A stretch of DNA of 64,000 bases from an uncultured Actinomycetota bacterium (GCA_963829525.1 CAWHIJ010000003.1:1344001-1408000), one strand, 5' to 3'. Positions 51,539 to 62,336 are shown, counted from the first letter of the stretch. Numbers and translations: made by a program. Notes: generated by a model not told the origin, from the sequence alone.

Positions 51539-52582
51539 CTAACCTTCATCTCGACGGCGCAGCCATCGGGTCGGGTCGGTCGAGCCTGGGTGTGGTCGTT
51601 GGAGGATCTCCAGTCCAGACGGCGGCGTCCACGGCTCGCGATGGCGTCTCGTTTCTCTCCGCCGCCACCGAGCCGCCACTGCCTCCGGTGACGAGCGGAT
51701 CTCCCGATCGACGTACCGAACCACGAGGATCCCCAGCTCCTCCTCGAGCCACTCCTGGCGTAGCTTCTCGGTCCACATCGGGTCGACTGGCGCCGTGGGT
51801 CCGTCGTACTTTCCCCGGCCGTCGGCCTCTCCGGCGATTCCGAGCTCGTCCCACCAGTGGTCGGGCCTGACCTCCTTGCCGTCGAAGCGGAAGGTCACGT
51901 TGCACCACGGGCGCGGGACCCCCTGCACCATGAGCTCGCCGCGCCCCCGTGACTCCAGCGGCGACTCGGAGTGCCCGTCGGCCCAGTGCAGGGTCCGCCG
52001 AGCTCGGTGGCACCCCCTGACCTGGCCCAGGTCCTCGAGAATCGCTGACATCAGGTGGGGATCTGCTCCACGACGTAATGCGGCGTCCACAGTGATAAGC
52101 GCTTCGGGGGTGGGGAGGTCGATCGCGATGTCTACAGCCGTGCGCTCAAGACTGGTAACTGGCACCTGGTTCACAAGGACAACTACCTGTGGGCTCGGCC
52201 ACCGCCGAATGACCTTGGCGCCCTTGAGCGGCGCTGCGTGGGGTGGACGTAGGACCTCTGGGATCGGCGGGACCCTTGACACGGGCAAGCCCAAGGCAAG
52301 AGCCGCCGACCTCAGTCCGGCCACACTGGCGTTGCCCGTAACGGCAGACACTGCCCGGAGGTGCTCCGAGCGCTGTCGCTGCCACCGATCATCGCCATCG
52401 CCACTCCACGGCAGCACGTAGTAGCCGCGCGCTGGGCGGCACAGCATCCCCCGACGCAGCATGCGGTTGAGCGCGGCGCGATCCACCCCCCAATGCTCGA
52501 GCTGTGCTCGCCGCGCGCCACCGCCAACGATCATGAGTTGCTGGACGGCGAAGGAGCAGACGTCGTCCGGGTCGAGGTTCAC
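51539..52582 (-). CDS. AbiEi-like wHTH + DUF559/Vsr-like nuclease-fold protein
   Basis: RGYY, SAALALGL, VTSLERTAVD, SESPLES, RPDHWW..GEADGRGKY, EKLRQ. Confidence 0.75.
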   Translation of the reverse strand: MNLDPDDVCSFAVQQLMIVGGGARRAQLEHWGVDRAALNRMLRRGMLCRPARGYYVLPWSGDGDDRWQRQRSEHLRAVSAVTGNASVAGLRSAALALGLPVSRVPPIPEVLRPPHAAPLKGAKVIRRWPSPQVVVLVNQVPVTSLERTAVDIAIDLPTPEALITVDAALRRGADPHLMSAILEDLGQVRGCHRARRTLHWADGHSESPLESRGRGELMVQGVPRPWCNVTFRFDGKEVRPDHWWDELGIAGEADGRGKYDGPTAPVDPMWTEKLRQEWLEEELGILVVRYVDREIRSSPEAVAARWRRRETRRHREPWTPPSGLEILQRPHPGSTDPTRWLRRRDEG

Positions 52583-52672
52583 AGGTGAACAATCGACTGC
52601 CTGATGCGGTCGCGCAGCAATTTGAAGCGGCTGTGGACGGCGCCCATCTGCGATGACAGAGGGGCCGGCTCT

Positions 52673-52737
52673 CACGTGAGGGATAGGTACATCTGAGTAC
52701 TTCTGAAGGGCACCGCGGTGTACCGAACGCTCACGTG
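52673..52737. repeat. REP-like imperfect inverted repeat (19-bp arms)
   Basis: CACGTGAGGGATAGGTACA ... TGTACCGAACGCTCACGTG, 16/19 paired. Confidence 0.65.
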
Positions 52738-52767
52738 GGTGCCTCGGGATGGCGCTAGCGTGGTGGG

Positions 52768-54192
52768 ATGATCCCAGGAGAGTTGACCCGGCTGGCCGAC
52801 GCCGTGCGTGACGGAAGTGTGAGTGCTGCTGAGTTGGCAGCAGAAGCGCAGAGCAGGATCGACCAGCACGACGGGGCCATCAATGCGGTGGTCGCCAGGT
52901 GCGATGAGGCCGCGGAGGAGGCCGCACGTGCGGTGGACGCCGCAGTGGCCGCCGGGCGTGACCCGGGTCCGCTCGCAGGGATTCCGGTGCTCGTCAAGGA
53001 CCTCGAAGACGTCGAGGGGATGGTCACCACCCAGGGTTCGCTGCTCTTTGTCGACGCGCCTAGAGCCTCCGCGCACGGAACGGTGCCGCAGCGGTTGGTC
53101 GACGCGGGGGCGGTGATCGTCGGCAAGACGAACCTTCCCGAGTTCGCTACCGAGGGATACACCGAGAACCTGGCATTCGGCACCACGGGCAACCCGTGGC
53201 GGCTGGAGTACTCGCCGGGTGGGTCGAGCGGCGGAAGCGCGGCAGCGGTGGCGTCTGGCATGGTGCCGATTGCGACGGCGACCGACGGTGGCGGCTCGAT
53301 CCGGATTCCGGCCTCATTCTGTGGACTGGTCGGCATCAAGCCGACGCACGGTGTCATCGGCCGGTGGCCGGCTCCCGACTGGATCGACATGTCCACCGAG
53401 GGCCCATTCGCCACGACCGCCGATGACCTCGCGCTGCTCTGGCGGGTAATGGCGGGACGCGTCGACGGCGATCCCGGAGCGCTGCCCAAAGCGATGCTCG
53501 ATGTGGCGCCAGAGGCGTCGCCTGCTCGGCGGGTCTTTGTCGTTGACCGGTTCGCGGCTGACGCGGCGCTTCCTGATGACGTGCGTCGACCATTCGAGGC
53601 TGCTGTGCAGCAGATGGGTGAACTGCTCGCCGTCGAGACCGTCCCCATCAGTGCACGAGACCTCTGTGGCGAGGTCGACGTCGATGATGACTGGTTCACC
53701 ATCGCGACCGCTGAGCACGTTGCGCGCTTTGGGCGAGAGTGGGTCGAGAACGGCCTGGAGCAGATGCACCCCGCTGCGCGCGGCTTCATGGAGTGGGGGC
53801 TGGGGATCGATGTGGATCGGTATTTGGCCGCACGGCGTCGGCGCTTCCTGCTGGTGCGTTCACTCGACGCGCTGCTGGGCGATGACGCCGTGCTGCTCAG
53901 CCCGGTGAACGCGGCCGCCGGTTGGCTGGCAGACGGCCGAATGAGTTCTGACGACGAACCCGGGATGCTGCCACCCGACGTGTTCAACACTCCGTACACC
54001 AACATCAGCGGGCATCCGACGCTCTCGCTGCCCGCGGGCATGACTGACCTCGGGATCCCATTCGGACTGCAGGTGGTGGGTCCCCGGTATAGCGACGGAA
54101 TGCTGCTCGAGCTGGCCCGTCGCTGGGAGGTGGCTTACCCGTGGCCGCGGGTGGCGCCGGGTTACCGCACCTGGGCAGACGAGGTGCTGTGA
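52768..54192 (+). CDS. Amidase signature family protein
   Basis: VKD, GKTNLPEF, PGGSSGGS, TDGGGSIRIPA. Confidence 0.92.
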   Translation: MIPGELTRLADAVRDGSVSAAELAAEAQSRIDQHDGAINAVVARCDEAAEEAARAVDAAVAAGRDPGPLAGIPVLVKDLEDVEGMVTTQGSLLFVDAPRASAHGTVPQRLVDAGAVIVGKTNLPEFATEGYTENLAFGTTGNPWRLEYSPGGSSGGSAAAVASGMVPIATATDGGGSIRIPASFCGLVGIKPTHGVIGRWPAPDWIDMSTEGPFATTADDLALLWRVMAGRVDGDPGALPKAMLDVAPEASPARRVFVVDRFAADAALPDDVRRPFEAAVQQMGELLAVETVPISARDLCGEVDVDDDWFTIATAEHVARFGREWVENGLEQMHPAARGFMEWGLGIDVDRYLAARRRRFLLVRSLDALLGDDAVLLSPVNAAAGWLADGRMSSDDEPGMLPPDVFNTPYTNISGHPTLSLPAGMTDLGIPFGLQVVGPRYSDGMLLELARRWEVAYPWPRVAPGYRTWADEVL

Positions 54193-55716
54193 GGCTCGTC
54201 TGCGACTGGGGGCGAGGCCGCATCTGCATCCTCAGCCGCATGGACGATGTTGCGGACCATCGATCCGAAGACGATGCCGTGGAACGGCGCGACCATCCAC
54301 CAGTACGCGTGACCCCAGAGGCCGCGCGGGTGGAAGATGGCACGCTGTCGGTAGGTGGTCGGGTCCTCGTCGACGGTCATCTCCAGCCACGCCAGGCCAG
54401 GTACCCGCATCTCAGCGCGGAGTCGCAGCAGTTTCTCGGGGATGCGCTCCTCCACCCGCCAGAAGTCGAGGGACTCTCCGACCATCAGACGGTTGGGGTC
54501 ACGGCGTCCACGCCGCAGCCCCACACCGCCGACTGCACGGTCCATCAGACCGCGTAGCTCCCACGCCAGCGGGAACGAGTACCAGCCGCGATCGCCTCCG
54601 ATGCCCTCGATGACTTGCCACAGCGCGGCCGGAGAAGCGCTCGTCTCGCGCTCGCGCTCGTCGGAGTAGAGGGAGCCTCCGGCCCAGTCGGGATCGGTCG
54701 GAAGCGGGTCGCTCGGCGCACCGAAGACCGAGGCGTTCGACCACCGCGTGGCGACATCGGCTTCCTTGATGCGCCGCAGTGCGAGTTCGACAGCGCGATC
54801 GAATCCCACGAGTCCATCGATGGGGTCAGGGATGTACTGCGCGATGTCGTGTTCGCGGCAGAAGACCTCGTGCTTGAGTGATGCCACCAGGGGGCGAGCG
54901 ATCGCGCGTGGCACTGGCGTCACAATCCCGACCCAGTGGCTCGACAGCGTCGGCGAAAGTACGGGTACCGGAACGATGACGCGGCGCCGTAGCTCGGCGA
55001 CGGCTGCGTACCGCTGCATCATGTCCTCGTAGGTGAGGATGTCGGGGCCGCCGATGTCGAACGCCCTGTTGACCTCCGATGGCAGGTCGGCTGACGCAAC
55101 GAGGTAACGGAGGACGTCGCGGATTGCGATCGGCTGGATGCGGTTGCGCACCCACTTGGGGGTGACCATCGCCGGCAGCCGCTCGGTGAGGTAACGGAGC
55201 ATCTCGAACGAGGCAGACCCTGAGCCGATGATCACGGCTGCGCGCAGCTCTGCCGTCGGCACGCCAGAGCTGCGCAGGATCTCGCCGACCCGAAGCCGCG
55301 ACGACAGGTGCACCGACAGCGATGCTGCCTGGCGGTCCCCCGCGTCCGAGCTCGGGGGAGTGAGCCCCCCGAGGTAGACGATGCGAGTGACGCCGGACGA
55401 GAGCGCCGCCTCGGCGAAGGTTGTCGCCATCGAAGCCTCTAACTGGTCGAATCCCTCGCCCTCGACGAGTGAGTGCAGCAGGTAGTAGGCAACATCGACG
55501 TCGCGCATCGCCGCCGCCACGGCCTGGGGGTCGGTGGCGTCACCGGCCACGATCTCGATCTGTTCGAGCCCAGGGGCGGTCACGCAGACGATCGGGAGAC
55601 CTGGCGAGGACGCGCACGGTGAATCCGGCAGCCAGCAGCTCGGGCACAAGTCGGCCACCGATGTATCCGGTCGCACCCGTGACGAGAACACGCCGTGAAG
55701 GGAGGGGCACGGTCAT
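54162..55716 (-). CDS. YbjT-like atypical SDR + DUF2867 protein (frameshift near 55580)
   Basis: VTGATGYIGG, YYLLHS, IGSGSASFE, DFWRVE, HAYWW. Confidence 0.85.
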
Positions 55717-55775
55717 CAGTCTGCTGCCAAATGGCCTCCGGCACATCTGGACGGCCGCATGACACGATCGGCCCC

Positions 55776-56261
55776 ATGAGTCCGTGGCTTGAGATCGCCG
55801 TTTCGGTCGCGCTGGCGGTCGGTCTCGTCGGGGTGGTCGTCCCGGTCCTTCCTGGACTAATTCTGATGTGGGGTGCCGTCGGTGTCTGGGCGCTGCTCGA
55901 CGGGGGTGGTGCCTGGCGGTGGGCCACCTTCGCCGTTGTCTCGGTGCTTGCGCTCGTCGGCACCGTGGCTGCACTGACGCTGTCCGGGCGAAAGGCGACC
56001 GATGCCGGAGCGCCATGGTGGGCCTTGCTCCTGGCCCTGGTGGGGGCCGTTGCGGGGTTCATCATGATCCCGGTCGTCGGGGTCGTTGTAGGTGGCATCG
56101 GTGGGCTCTGGCTGGCCGAGCTCCTCCGGCTCCGGGACCCCAGAACGGCGTGGGACACGACTTGGGCGGCGCTACAGGGGTACGGGGTGGGGACTGTGGT
56201 CCAGATGGCCGTTGGCGTCGCAATCGTGCTGGTCTGGTCGGCAGGCGTCGTGCTCTCCTGA
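55776..56261 (+). CDS. DUF456-family membrane protein
   Basis: GVVVPVLPG, multi-TM. Confidence 0.8.
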   Translation: MSPWLEIAVSVALAVGLVGVVVPVLPGLILMWGAVGVWALLDGGGAWRWATFAVVSVLALVGTVAALTLSGRKATDAGAPWWALLLALVGAVAGFIMIPVVGVVVGGIGGLWLAELLRLRDPRTAWDTTWAALQGYGVGTVVQMAVGVAIVLVWSAGVVLS

Positions 56262-56403
56262 GCCGGTGATCTTGGCCGACTCGCCGGGCCGATGGTGGCT
56301 TGGCTCAGCCCGGTCGGGCACAATGCGACGAGCGTGATGCACGCAACCGGCGTCCGGCCGGCGAGGTAGCTGGGGAAGGCGACCCTCGCAAAGGAGGCCG
56401 GAG

Positions 56404-56910
56404 ATGTCGTTTGCGCCCGCTACTCGTGGGGTGGTGTTCATCCACTCCGCGCCCGCTGCGCTGTGCCCACATGTCGAGTGGGCCATAGCCGGCGTGCTTG
56501 GTGGCCATGTCAGCCTCGAGTGGACGCCGCAACCGGCGCAGTCGGCCAGCTATCGTGCCGAGCTCTCGTGGCAGGGCGCCCCCGGCACTGCTGCGACCCT
56601 GACCTCCGCCATGCGCGGGTGGGAGCACGTCCGCTACGAGATCACCGAAGAAGCGTCCCCTGGATTTGAAGGGGAGCGCTACATGTACACGCCTTCGCTA
56701 GGGATCTTCCACGCGGTGATGGGGCTGCACGGCGACATCCTCGTGCCAGAAGACCGGATCCGGCTGGCCATGCTCGACTCCGAGTCCGGCAAGGGCGCGC
56801 TGCCCGAAGCGCTCGATCAGCTGCTGGGACGCCCTTGGGACGACGAACTTGAGACCTTCCGCTACGCCGGCGAGGGCGCGCCGGTCCGTTGGCTGCACCA
56901 GGTGATCTAG
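56404..56910 (+). CDS. DUF3145 protein
   Basis: HSAPAALCPHVEWA, WDDELETFR; usual neighbour of the actinobacterial fab operon. Confidence 0.88.
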   Translation: MSFAPATRGVVFIHSAPAALCPHVEWAIAGVLGGHVSLEWTPQPAQSASYRAELSWQGAPGTAATLTSAMRGWEHVRYEITEEASPGFEGERYMYTPSLGIFHAVMGLHGDILVPEDRIRLAMLDSESGKGALPEALDQLLGRPWDDELETFRYAGEGAPVRWLHQVI

Positions 56911-56962
56911 CCGATCGATGCCTGGGGCATGTGGCCGGACGAGTCCCCTTCCCTGTCCGGTT

Positions 56963-57005
56963 GCGACGAGGCCCCTCCCGCGGTGACGTGGGAGGGGCTT
57001 GTCGC
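56963..57005. terminator. GC-rich hairpin between convergent genes
   Basis: GCGACGAGGCCCCTCCCGCG-GTGA-CGTGGGAGGGGCTTGTCGC. Confidence 0.65.
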
Positions 57006-57053
57006 GTCCCACCCCACGGTGCGAGCTGGTGATCCGCAGGGAGCGGGGGAGCG

Positions 57054-58490
57054 TTAGAGGGGGATGTTGCCGTGCCGACCGCGCAGTGGGGCGGCGGCGA
57101 CGATAGCCGCCGCGAGGGCTGAGCGCGTGACAGCGGGTTCGATGACCTCATCGACGACACCGAGCGACTTGGCCTTCTCAAGGCCACCGGCAATCAGTTC
57201 GTGCTCCTCTGCCAGCTCGAGCTCGACCTCGGCGCGGATGTCCTCGGGGAGATCTGCGAGGCGCCGCCGATGCAAGATGCGTACTGCAGCAATCGATCCC
57301 ATGACCGCAACGGTGGCCCCGGGCCAAGCAAACACTCGAGTGGCACCGAGCGCGCGGGAGTTCATCGCAATGTAGGCACCGCCGTACGCCTTGCGCGTGA
57401 CGACCGTGACGCGGGGCACGACGGCCTCGGCGAAGGCGTGCAGCAACTTCGCGCCGCGCCGTACGACGCCGTCCCACTCCTGGCCGACACCGGGCAGGTA
57501 GCCAGGAACATCGACGACCACGATCAAGGGAACACCGAACGCATCACACATGCGGACGAAGCGAGCGGCTTTCTCGGCGGAGGGTGAGTCGAGGCAACCA
57601 CCGAGCCGCAGTGGGTTGTTGGCAATCACACCGACCGTGCGTCCGCCCAGGCGGCCGAGGGTCGTGACGATATTCGGCGCCCAGCGTTCGTGCAACTCCA
57701 CCGATGAGCCTTCGTCGAGCAGGTGTTCGACCAGTGGATGGACGTCGTAGGCGCGCTTGGCCGATTCGGGCAGGTGCTCTTCGAGATCGACGTCGACAAT
57801 CGGGGTGGACGACTGGAGCTCGCCTTGAGCGCCAAACAGGTACGTGAGCGACCGCGCCCTCTCGAGCGCTTCCTCGTCGGTCTCGGTGGCGATGTGCACG
57901 ACGCCGCTGCGGCGCGCGTGTGGTTCGGCGCCGCCGAGCCGCTCCATGTTGACGTCCTCGCCGGTAACAGAGCGGACGACGTCCGGGCCGGTGACGAACA
58001 CCCGGCCGTTCGGGCCGAGGATGACGATGTCGGTGAGTGCCGGGCCGTATGCGGCACCACCGGCGGCCGCGCCGAGCACGACCGAGATCTGCGGAATGCG
58101 TCCAGACGCCCTGGTCATGATGTTGAAGACCTCGCCGACGGCGTGCAACGAGACAACACCTTCGGCCAGGCGAGCACCGCCGGAGTGCCACAGCCCGATG
58201 ACGGGGATCTCGTCGGCAAGCGCCCGCGCATAGGCGGCGAGGATGACCTTGCAGCCCTCGGCCCCCATCGCGCCGCCCATGATGGTGGCGTCAGAGCAGA
58301 ACGCAACGGCGTGCGTCCCGTTGACGAGACCGTGGCCGGCGAGCATGCCGGAGTCACCGTCGGCGGTGAGTGCGACGTAGGTGCCGTCGTCAAACAATGC
58401 ACGGAGCCGCTTGTTCGGGTTCCTCGGGTCGTCCTCGCGCGCGACCTTGGGCTTCTTGGCCGCCGGAGCCGGTTGCTCGGTGGTGGTCAC
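57054..58490 (-). CDS. accD: Acyl-CoA carboxylase carboxyltransferase subunit
   Basis: SGGARLAEG, GGAAYGPA, VDVPGYLPG, KAYGGAYIAM, HGNIPL. Confidence 0.92.
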   Translation of the reverse strand: MTTTEQPAPAAKKPKVAREDDPRNPNKRLRALFDDGTYVALTADGDSGMLAGHGLVNGTHAVAFCSDATIMGGAMGAEGCKVILAAYARALADEIPVIGLWHSGGARLAEGVVSLHAVGEVFNIMTRASGRIPQISVVLGAAAGGAAYGPALTDIVILGPNGRVFVTGPDVVRSVTGEDVNMERLGGAEPHARRSGVVHIATETDEEALERARSLTYLFGAQGELQSSTPIVDVDLEEHLPESAKRAYDVHPLVEHLLDEGSSVELHERWAPNIVTTLGRLGGRTVGVIANNPLRLGGCLDSPSAEKAARFVRMCDAFGVPLIVVVDVPGYLPGVGQEWDGVVRRGAKLLHAFAEAVVPRVTVVTRKAYGGAYIAMNSRALGATRVFAWPGATVAVMGSIAAVRILHRRRLADLPEDIRAEVELELAEEHELIAGGLEKAKSLGVVDEVIEPAVTRSALAAAIVAAAPLRGRHGNIPL

Positions 58491-59752
58491 GGGTAGCTCC
58501 GGAAGGCAAGGGCGACGTTGTGGCCGCCAAAACCGAACGAGTTGTTGAGCGCAACGGCGCCGGGAAAACGGTCGTCGGCCAGCTTGCGGGCCTGGCCGGA
58601 GACGATGTCTAGCTGCACCTCGGGATCGAGATTCTCGAGGTTGATGGTCGGAGGCACCAGCTGATCGTGCAGCGCCATGACGGAGGCCAGAGACTCGACG
58701 GCACCGGCAGCACCGAGCAGGTGCCCCGTCATCGACTTGGTGGACGTAACGGCCACCTGTGCTGCGGCTTCTCCAAGCGCGGTACGAATCGCCAGCGCTT
58801 CGGCAACGTCACCCTGCGGCGTGCTCGTGCCGTGGGCATTGATGTGAACGACATCTGAAGACTCCGCGTCGGCATCGGCGAGGGCCATCCGCATCGCGCG
58901 AGTTGCTCCCTTACCTTCCGGGTCGGGCTGGGCGATGTGGTGACCGTCGGCGGTGATACCGGCTCCGGCCACCTCGCCGTAGATCTTCGCGCCGCGTGCC
59001 TTGGCGTGTTCGGCGGTCTCAATGACGAGCACTGCGGCACCCTCGCCGAAGACGAAGCCATCTCGCTCGGTGTCCCAGGGCCGGGACGCAGCCGGTGGGT
59101 CGTCATTGCGTTTGGAGAGCGCTCGCATCGCGGCGAAGGCGGCGAGCGGAAGCGGGTGAATGCAGGCCTCAGTGCCACCGACGACGACCACGTCGGCGCG
59201 GCCGCCGCGAATCATGGCCAGACCTTGAGCAACCGCCTCGGCGCCGGATGCGCACGCCGAGACCGGCGTGTGAACTCCAGCGCGAGCTGAGATCTCCAGG
59301 CCGACGACCGCAGCCGGGCCATTGGGCATGAGCATGGGAATGGTGTGCGGGCTGACCCGACGCGGGCCCGACTCGCGGTAGATGTCCCACTGGCCGAGCA
59401 GGGTGAGGGCACCACCGATGCCGGTGGCGATGCTGACGCCGAGTCGTTCGGGGTCGACGTCGGGCGTTCCGGCGTCCGCCCATGCTTCGCGCGCCGCGAT
59501 GAGCGCGAGCTGCTGGGTCCGGTCGAGTTTGCGTGCTTCGACGCGGTCGAGAACCTCGCCTGGTTCCACCGCTACACGAGCGGCGAACTGCACCGGAAGC
59601 TCCGACGCCCACTCCTCAGTGAGGGAGCGGACGCCGGAGCGTCCAGCGAGCAGTCCGTCCCAGGTTGACGCGACGTCGCCACCGACTGGCGTTGTGGCGC
59701 CGAGGCCGGTGATCACGACAGTCTGCGCATCAGACCTGGGTGAGGCTGACAT
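58487..59752 (-). CDS. fabF: Beta-ketoacyl-ACP synthase II
   Basis: SACASG, NAHGTST, GHLLGAAG, NSFGFGG. Confidence 0.95.
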   Translation of the reverse strand: MSASPRSDAQTVVITGLGATTPVGGDVASTWDGLLAGRSGVRSLTEEWASELPVQFAARVAVEPGEVLDRVEARKLDRTQQLALIAAREAWADAGTPDVDPERLGVSIATGIGGALTLLGQWDIYRESGPRRVSPHTIPMLMPNGPAAVVGLEISARAGVHTPVSACASGAEAVAQGLAMIRGGRADVVVVGGTEACIHPLPLAAFAAMRALSKRNDDPPAASRPWDTERDGFVFGEGAAVLVIETAEHAKARGAKIYGEVAGAGITADGHHIAQPDPEGKGATRAMRMALADADAESSDVVHINAHGTSTPQGDVAEALAIRTALGEAAAQVAVTSTKSMTGHLLGAAGAVESLASVMALHDQLVPPTINLENLDPEVQLDIVSGQARKLADDRFPGAVALNNSFGFGGHNVALAFRSYP

Positions 59753-59755
59753 GGG

Positions 59756-60001
59756 TCAGGCACCCGCCTGCGCGATGTAGGTCACGGCATCACCAACGGT
59801 GCGGAGGTCCTTGACGTCGTCGTCAGGGATCTTGACGCCGAACTTCTCCTCGGCGGCGACAACCACCTCCACCATCGACAGTGAGTCGATGTCTAGGTCG
59901 TCGGTGAAGGCCTTGTCGAGCTGAACGCTGTCGACGGGCACGCCGGCAACCTCGTTCACGATCTCAGCGAGGCCGCTGAGGATCTCTTGCTGGTCCGCCA
60001 T
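59756..60001 (-). CDS. acpP: Acyl carrier protein
   Basis: DLDIDSLSMVE. Confidence 0.95.
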   Translation of the reverse strand: MADQQEILSGLAEIVNEVAGVPVDSVQLDKAFTDDLDIDSLSMVEVVVAAEEKFGVKIPDDDVKDLRTVGDAVTYIAQAGA

Positions 60002-60082
60002 GGGAACTCCTTGTTCTGGCTATGTGTTGCTCTCGGACTGTTCGGTTTACTGCGTTCCCGCTAGGGCGGGAGGTCAAGATGA

Positions 60083-61090
60083 CTATGGCACGACGACCAC
60101 CTGGGCGGAGTAGACCAAGCCGGCCCCGAAACCGATGAGGAGCGCGAGGTCACCGCTCTTGATCTGCCCCTCTTCGAGCATCCGGCCCATCGCCAGTGGG
60201 ATCGACGCCGCCGAAGTGTTGCCCGTCTCGGCGATGTCGCGGGCGACGACCACGGACTCTGGCAGCCCCAGCTTCTTGATCATTGCGTCGGTGATCCGCA
60301 TGTTGGCTTGGTGCGGAATGAACACATCGAGGTCGTCCACCCCGATGCCGGCACTGTCCAGGGCCTCTTTGGCGACCTTGGCCATGTCGAACACCGCCCA
60401 GCGGAAGACCTGCTGACCGTTCATCCGCAGCGATGGGAACTTGTGGCTGGCTCCGTTGCGGAATACCTGCCAAGGGACGTCTTGGATTATCGCCTCGGTC
60501 TGGGCGCCGTCCGAGCCCCACACCACCGGACCGATGGCCGGCGTCTCCGATGGTCCGATGACAACCGCGCCAGCCCCGTCGCCAAAGATGAAAGCGATGC
60601 CGCGGTCGGTGGGATCGGTGATGTCGGAGAGCTTCTCCACGCCGACCAGCAGGACACGGGTGGAGCTGCCGCCGCGAATCAGGTCTTGGGCGATTGCCAG
60701 GCCGTAGCTGAAACCGGCGCAGGCCGCACTGATGTCGAAAGCTGCCGGGGCGCCGGCTCCGAGCCGGTAGGCGAGCTCTGCGGCGGCCGAGGGCGTCTGC
60801 AAGAGGTGCGTGACCGTGCACACAACGACAGCGTCCAGCTGGTCGGCGCCGATACCAGCTCCAGCGAGCGCCTTCTCGGCCGCTGCCGCAGCCATGTCGA
60901 CGACACTCTCGTCGTCGGCTGCGAAGTGTCGGGTGATGATGCCCGTGCGCTCGCGGATCCACTCGTCAGAGGAGTCGATCTGTTCGCAGATCTCGTCATT
61001 GGTCACCACTCGCGAAGGGCGGTAGGCGCCAACGCCAAGAATTCGGGCGTAGCGAGCGCCGGTGCGGGGTGCCAGCGAAACGCCGGTCAC
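60083..61090 (-). CDS. fabH: Beta-ketoacyl-ACP synthase III
   Basis: AACAGF, FGDGAGA, PHQAN, GNTSAASIP. Confidence 0.95.
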   Translation of the reverse strand: MTGVSLAPRTGARYARILGVGAYRPSRVVTNDEICEQIDSSDEWIRERTGIITRHFAADDESVVDMAAAAAEKALAGAGIGADQLDAVVVCTVTHLLQTPSAAAELAYRLGAGAPAAFDISAACAGFSYGLAIAQDLIRGGSSTRVLLVGVEKLSDITDPTDRGIAFIFGDGAGAVVIGPSETPAIGPVVWGSDGAQTEAIIQDVPWQVFRNGASHKFPSLRMNGQQVFRWAVFDMAKVAKEALDSAGIGVDDLDVFIPHQANMRITDAMIKKLGLPESVVVARDIAETGNTSAASIPLAMGRMLEEGQIKSGDLALLIGFGAGLVYSAQVVVVP

Positions 61091-62271
61091 GCTGCTCCCT
61101 CGTGCGGGTGCAGCCGGACGATCGGCTGACCGGGCGCGATGGGATCGCCGTCCTCGACGAGCCACTCCACGATCGTGCCACCGTGAGGCGCCAGGACGAT
61201 CTGCTCATCGCGGTTGGTCTGCACATGCCCGACGGAGGTGCCCGGCTCGAGGCCGTCGCCGACGCTGGCGTCACTGCGATGGAAGATCCCCTTGGCCGGG
61301 GCGACGAGCATGCGCCACGAGGGTGAGGTGTCGAGGGGGCTCGGAGTGCCGTGCCGGTCGACCAGGTCGCGGGCTGCGTCGAGGTCGTCCGGGGTCTTGA
61401 GGGCGACCACCTCGACGCCTGGCATGGCGCGCTTGGCAAGCCCTGCCAGGGTTCCAGCGGGTGGAACCTCGATCATCGCCGTCACGCCGAGGTCGACCAT
61501 TGCCTGCATGCAGAGGTCCCAACGCACAGGATTGCTCAGCTGCATGACCAGCCTGGTCAGGTACTCGCGGCCGCTTTGGACGACCGCGCCGTCCGAGTTG
61601 GACAGGAGACGTGTACGCGCGTCGTGGGTGTAGATGGCGCGGGCAAACCCGCCCAAGGTGCTGACGGCTGACGCCATGTGCCTGGTGTGAAAGGCCCCGG
61701 CCACCGCGAGGGGGCGCAACCGGGCGCCTTCTGGCGGGTCCTCCTGGAAGGTGGCGAGCTGGTCCATCGTCCCAGCCGCCACGATCTGGCCGGCGCCGTT
61801 GATGTTGGCTGCGGTGAGGCCGTGCTTGTCGATAGCGGCCAGGACGGTATCGGTGTCGCCACCGAGAACAGCGGTCATCCCGGTCTCGGTAAGCGCAGCA
61901 GCTGCCGCCATGGCTTTGCCACGCTCGCGGACGAAGACCATGGCTTGCTCAGCTGACATGACGCCGGCTCCCGCCGCCGCAGTAATCTCGCCGACCGAGT
62001 GTCCCGCGCCGACGCCCACTTTGCCGAAAGCGTCGGCGGGGTGTGGGAAGAGGCTCAGCAGCGACACCAGGCCCGAAGCCACGATGAGGGGCTGAGCCAC
62101 AGCGGTGTCGCGGATGGTGTCAGCGTCGGCTTCGGTGCCGTAGTGCACGAGGTCGAGGTCGGAGACGGCCGAGAGCCATCGGAGCCGATCTTCGAAGCCG
62201 GGCAGTTCAAGCCAGGGAGAGAGAAAGCCGGGAGCCTGTGCGCCTTGTCCTGGCGCGACGATAACGAGCAC
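61087..62271 (-). CDS. fabD: Malonyl-CoA:ACP transacylase with C-terminal biotinyl/lipoyl-like domain
   Basis: PGQGAQ, GHSVGE, GAFHT, PVRW; extra C-terminal APHGGTIVEWLVEDGD. Confidence 0.9.
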   Translation of the reverse strand: MLVIVAPGQGAQAPGFLSPWLELPGFEDRLRWLSAVSDLDLVHYGTEADADTIRDTAVAQPLIVASGLVSLLSLFPHPADAFGKVGVGAGHSVGEITAAAGAGVMSAEQAMVFVRERGKAMAAAAALTETGMTAVLGGDTDTVLAAIDKHGLTAANINGAGQIVAAGTMDQLATFQEDPPEGARLRPLAVAGAFHTRHMASAVSTLGGFARAIYTHDARTRLLSNSDGAVVQSGREYLTRLVMQLSNPVRWDLCMQAMVDLGVTAMIEVPPAGTLAGLAKRAMPGVEVVALKTPDDLDAARDLVDRHGTPSPLDTSPSWRMLVAPAKGIFHRSDASVGDGLEPGTSVGHVQTNRDEQIVLAPHGGTIVEWLVEDGDPIAPGQPIVRLHPHEGAA

Positions 62272-62336
62272 GTGACCACCTTGGCGTACTGGACGACGTT
62301 TCCCGGTACCGGTGCCGACCAAGCGGACCCGGTGAG

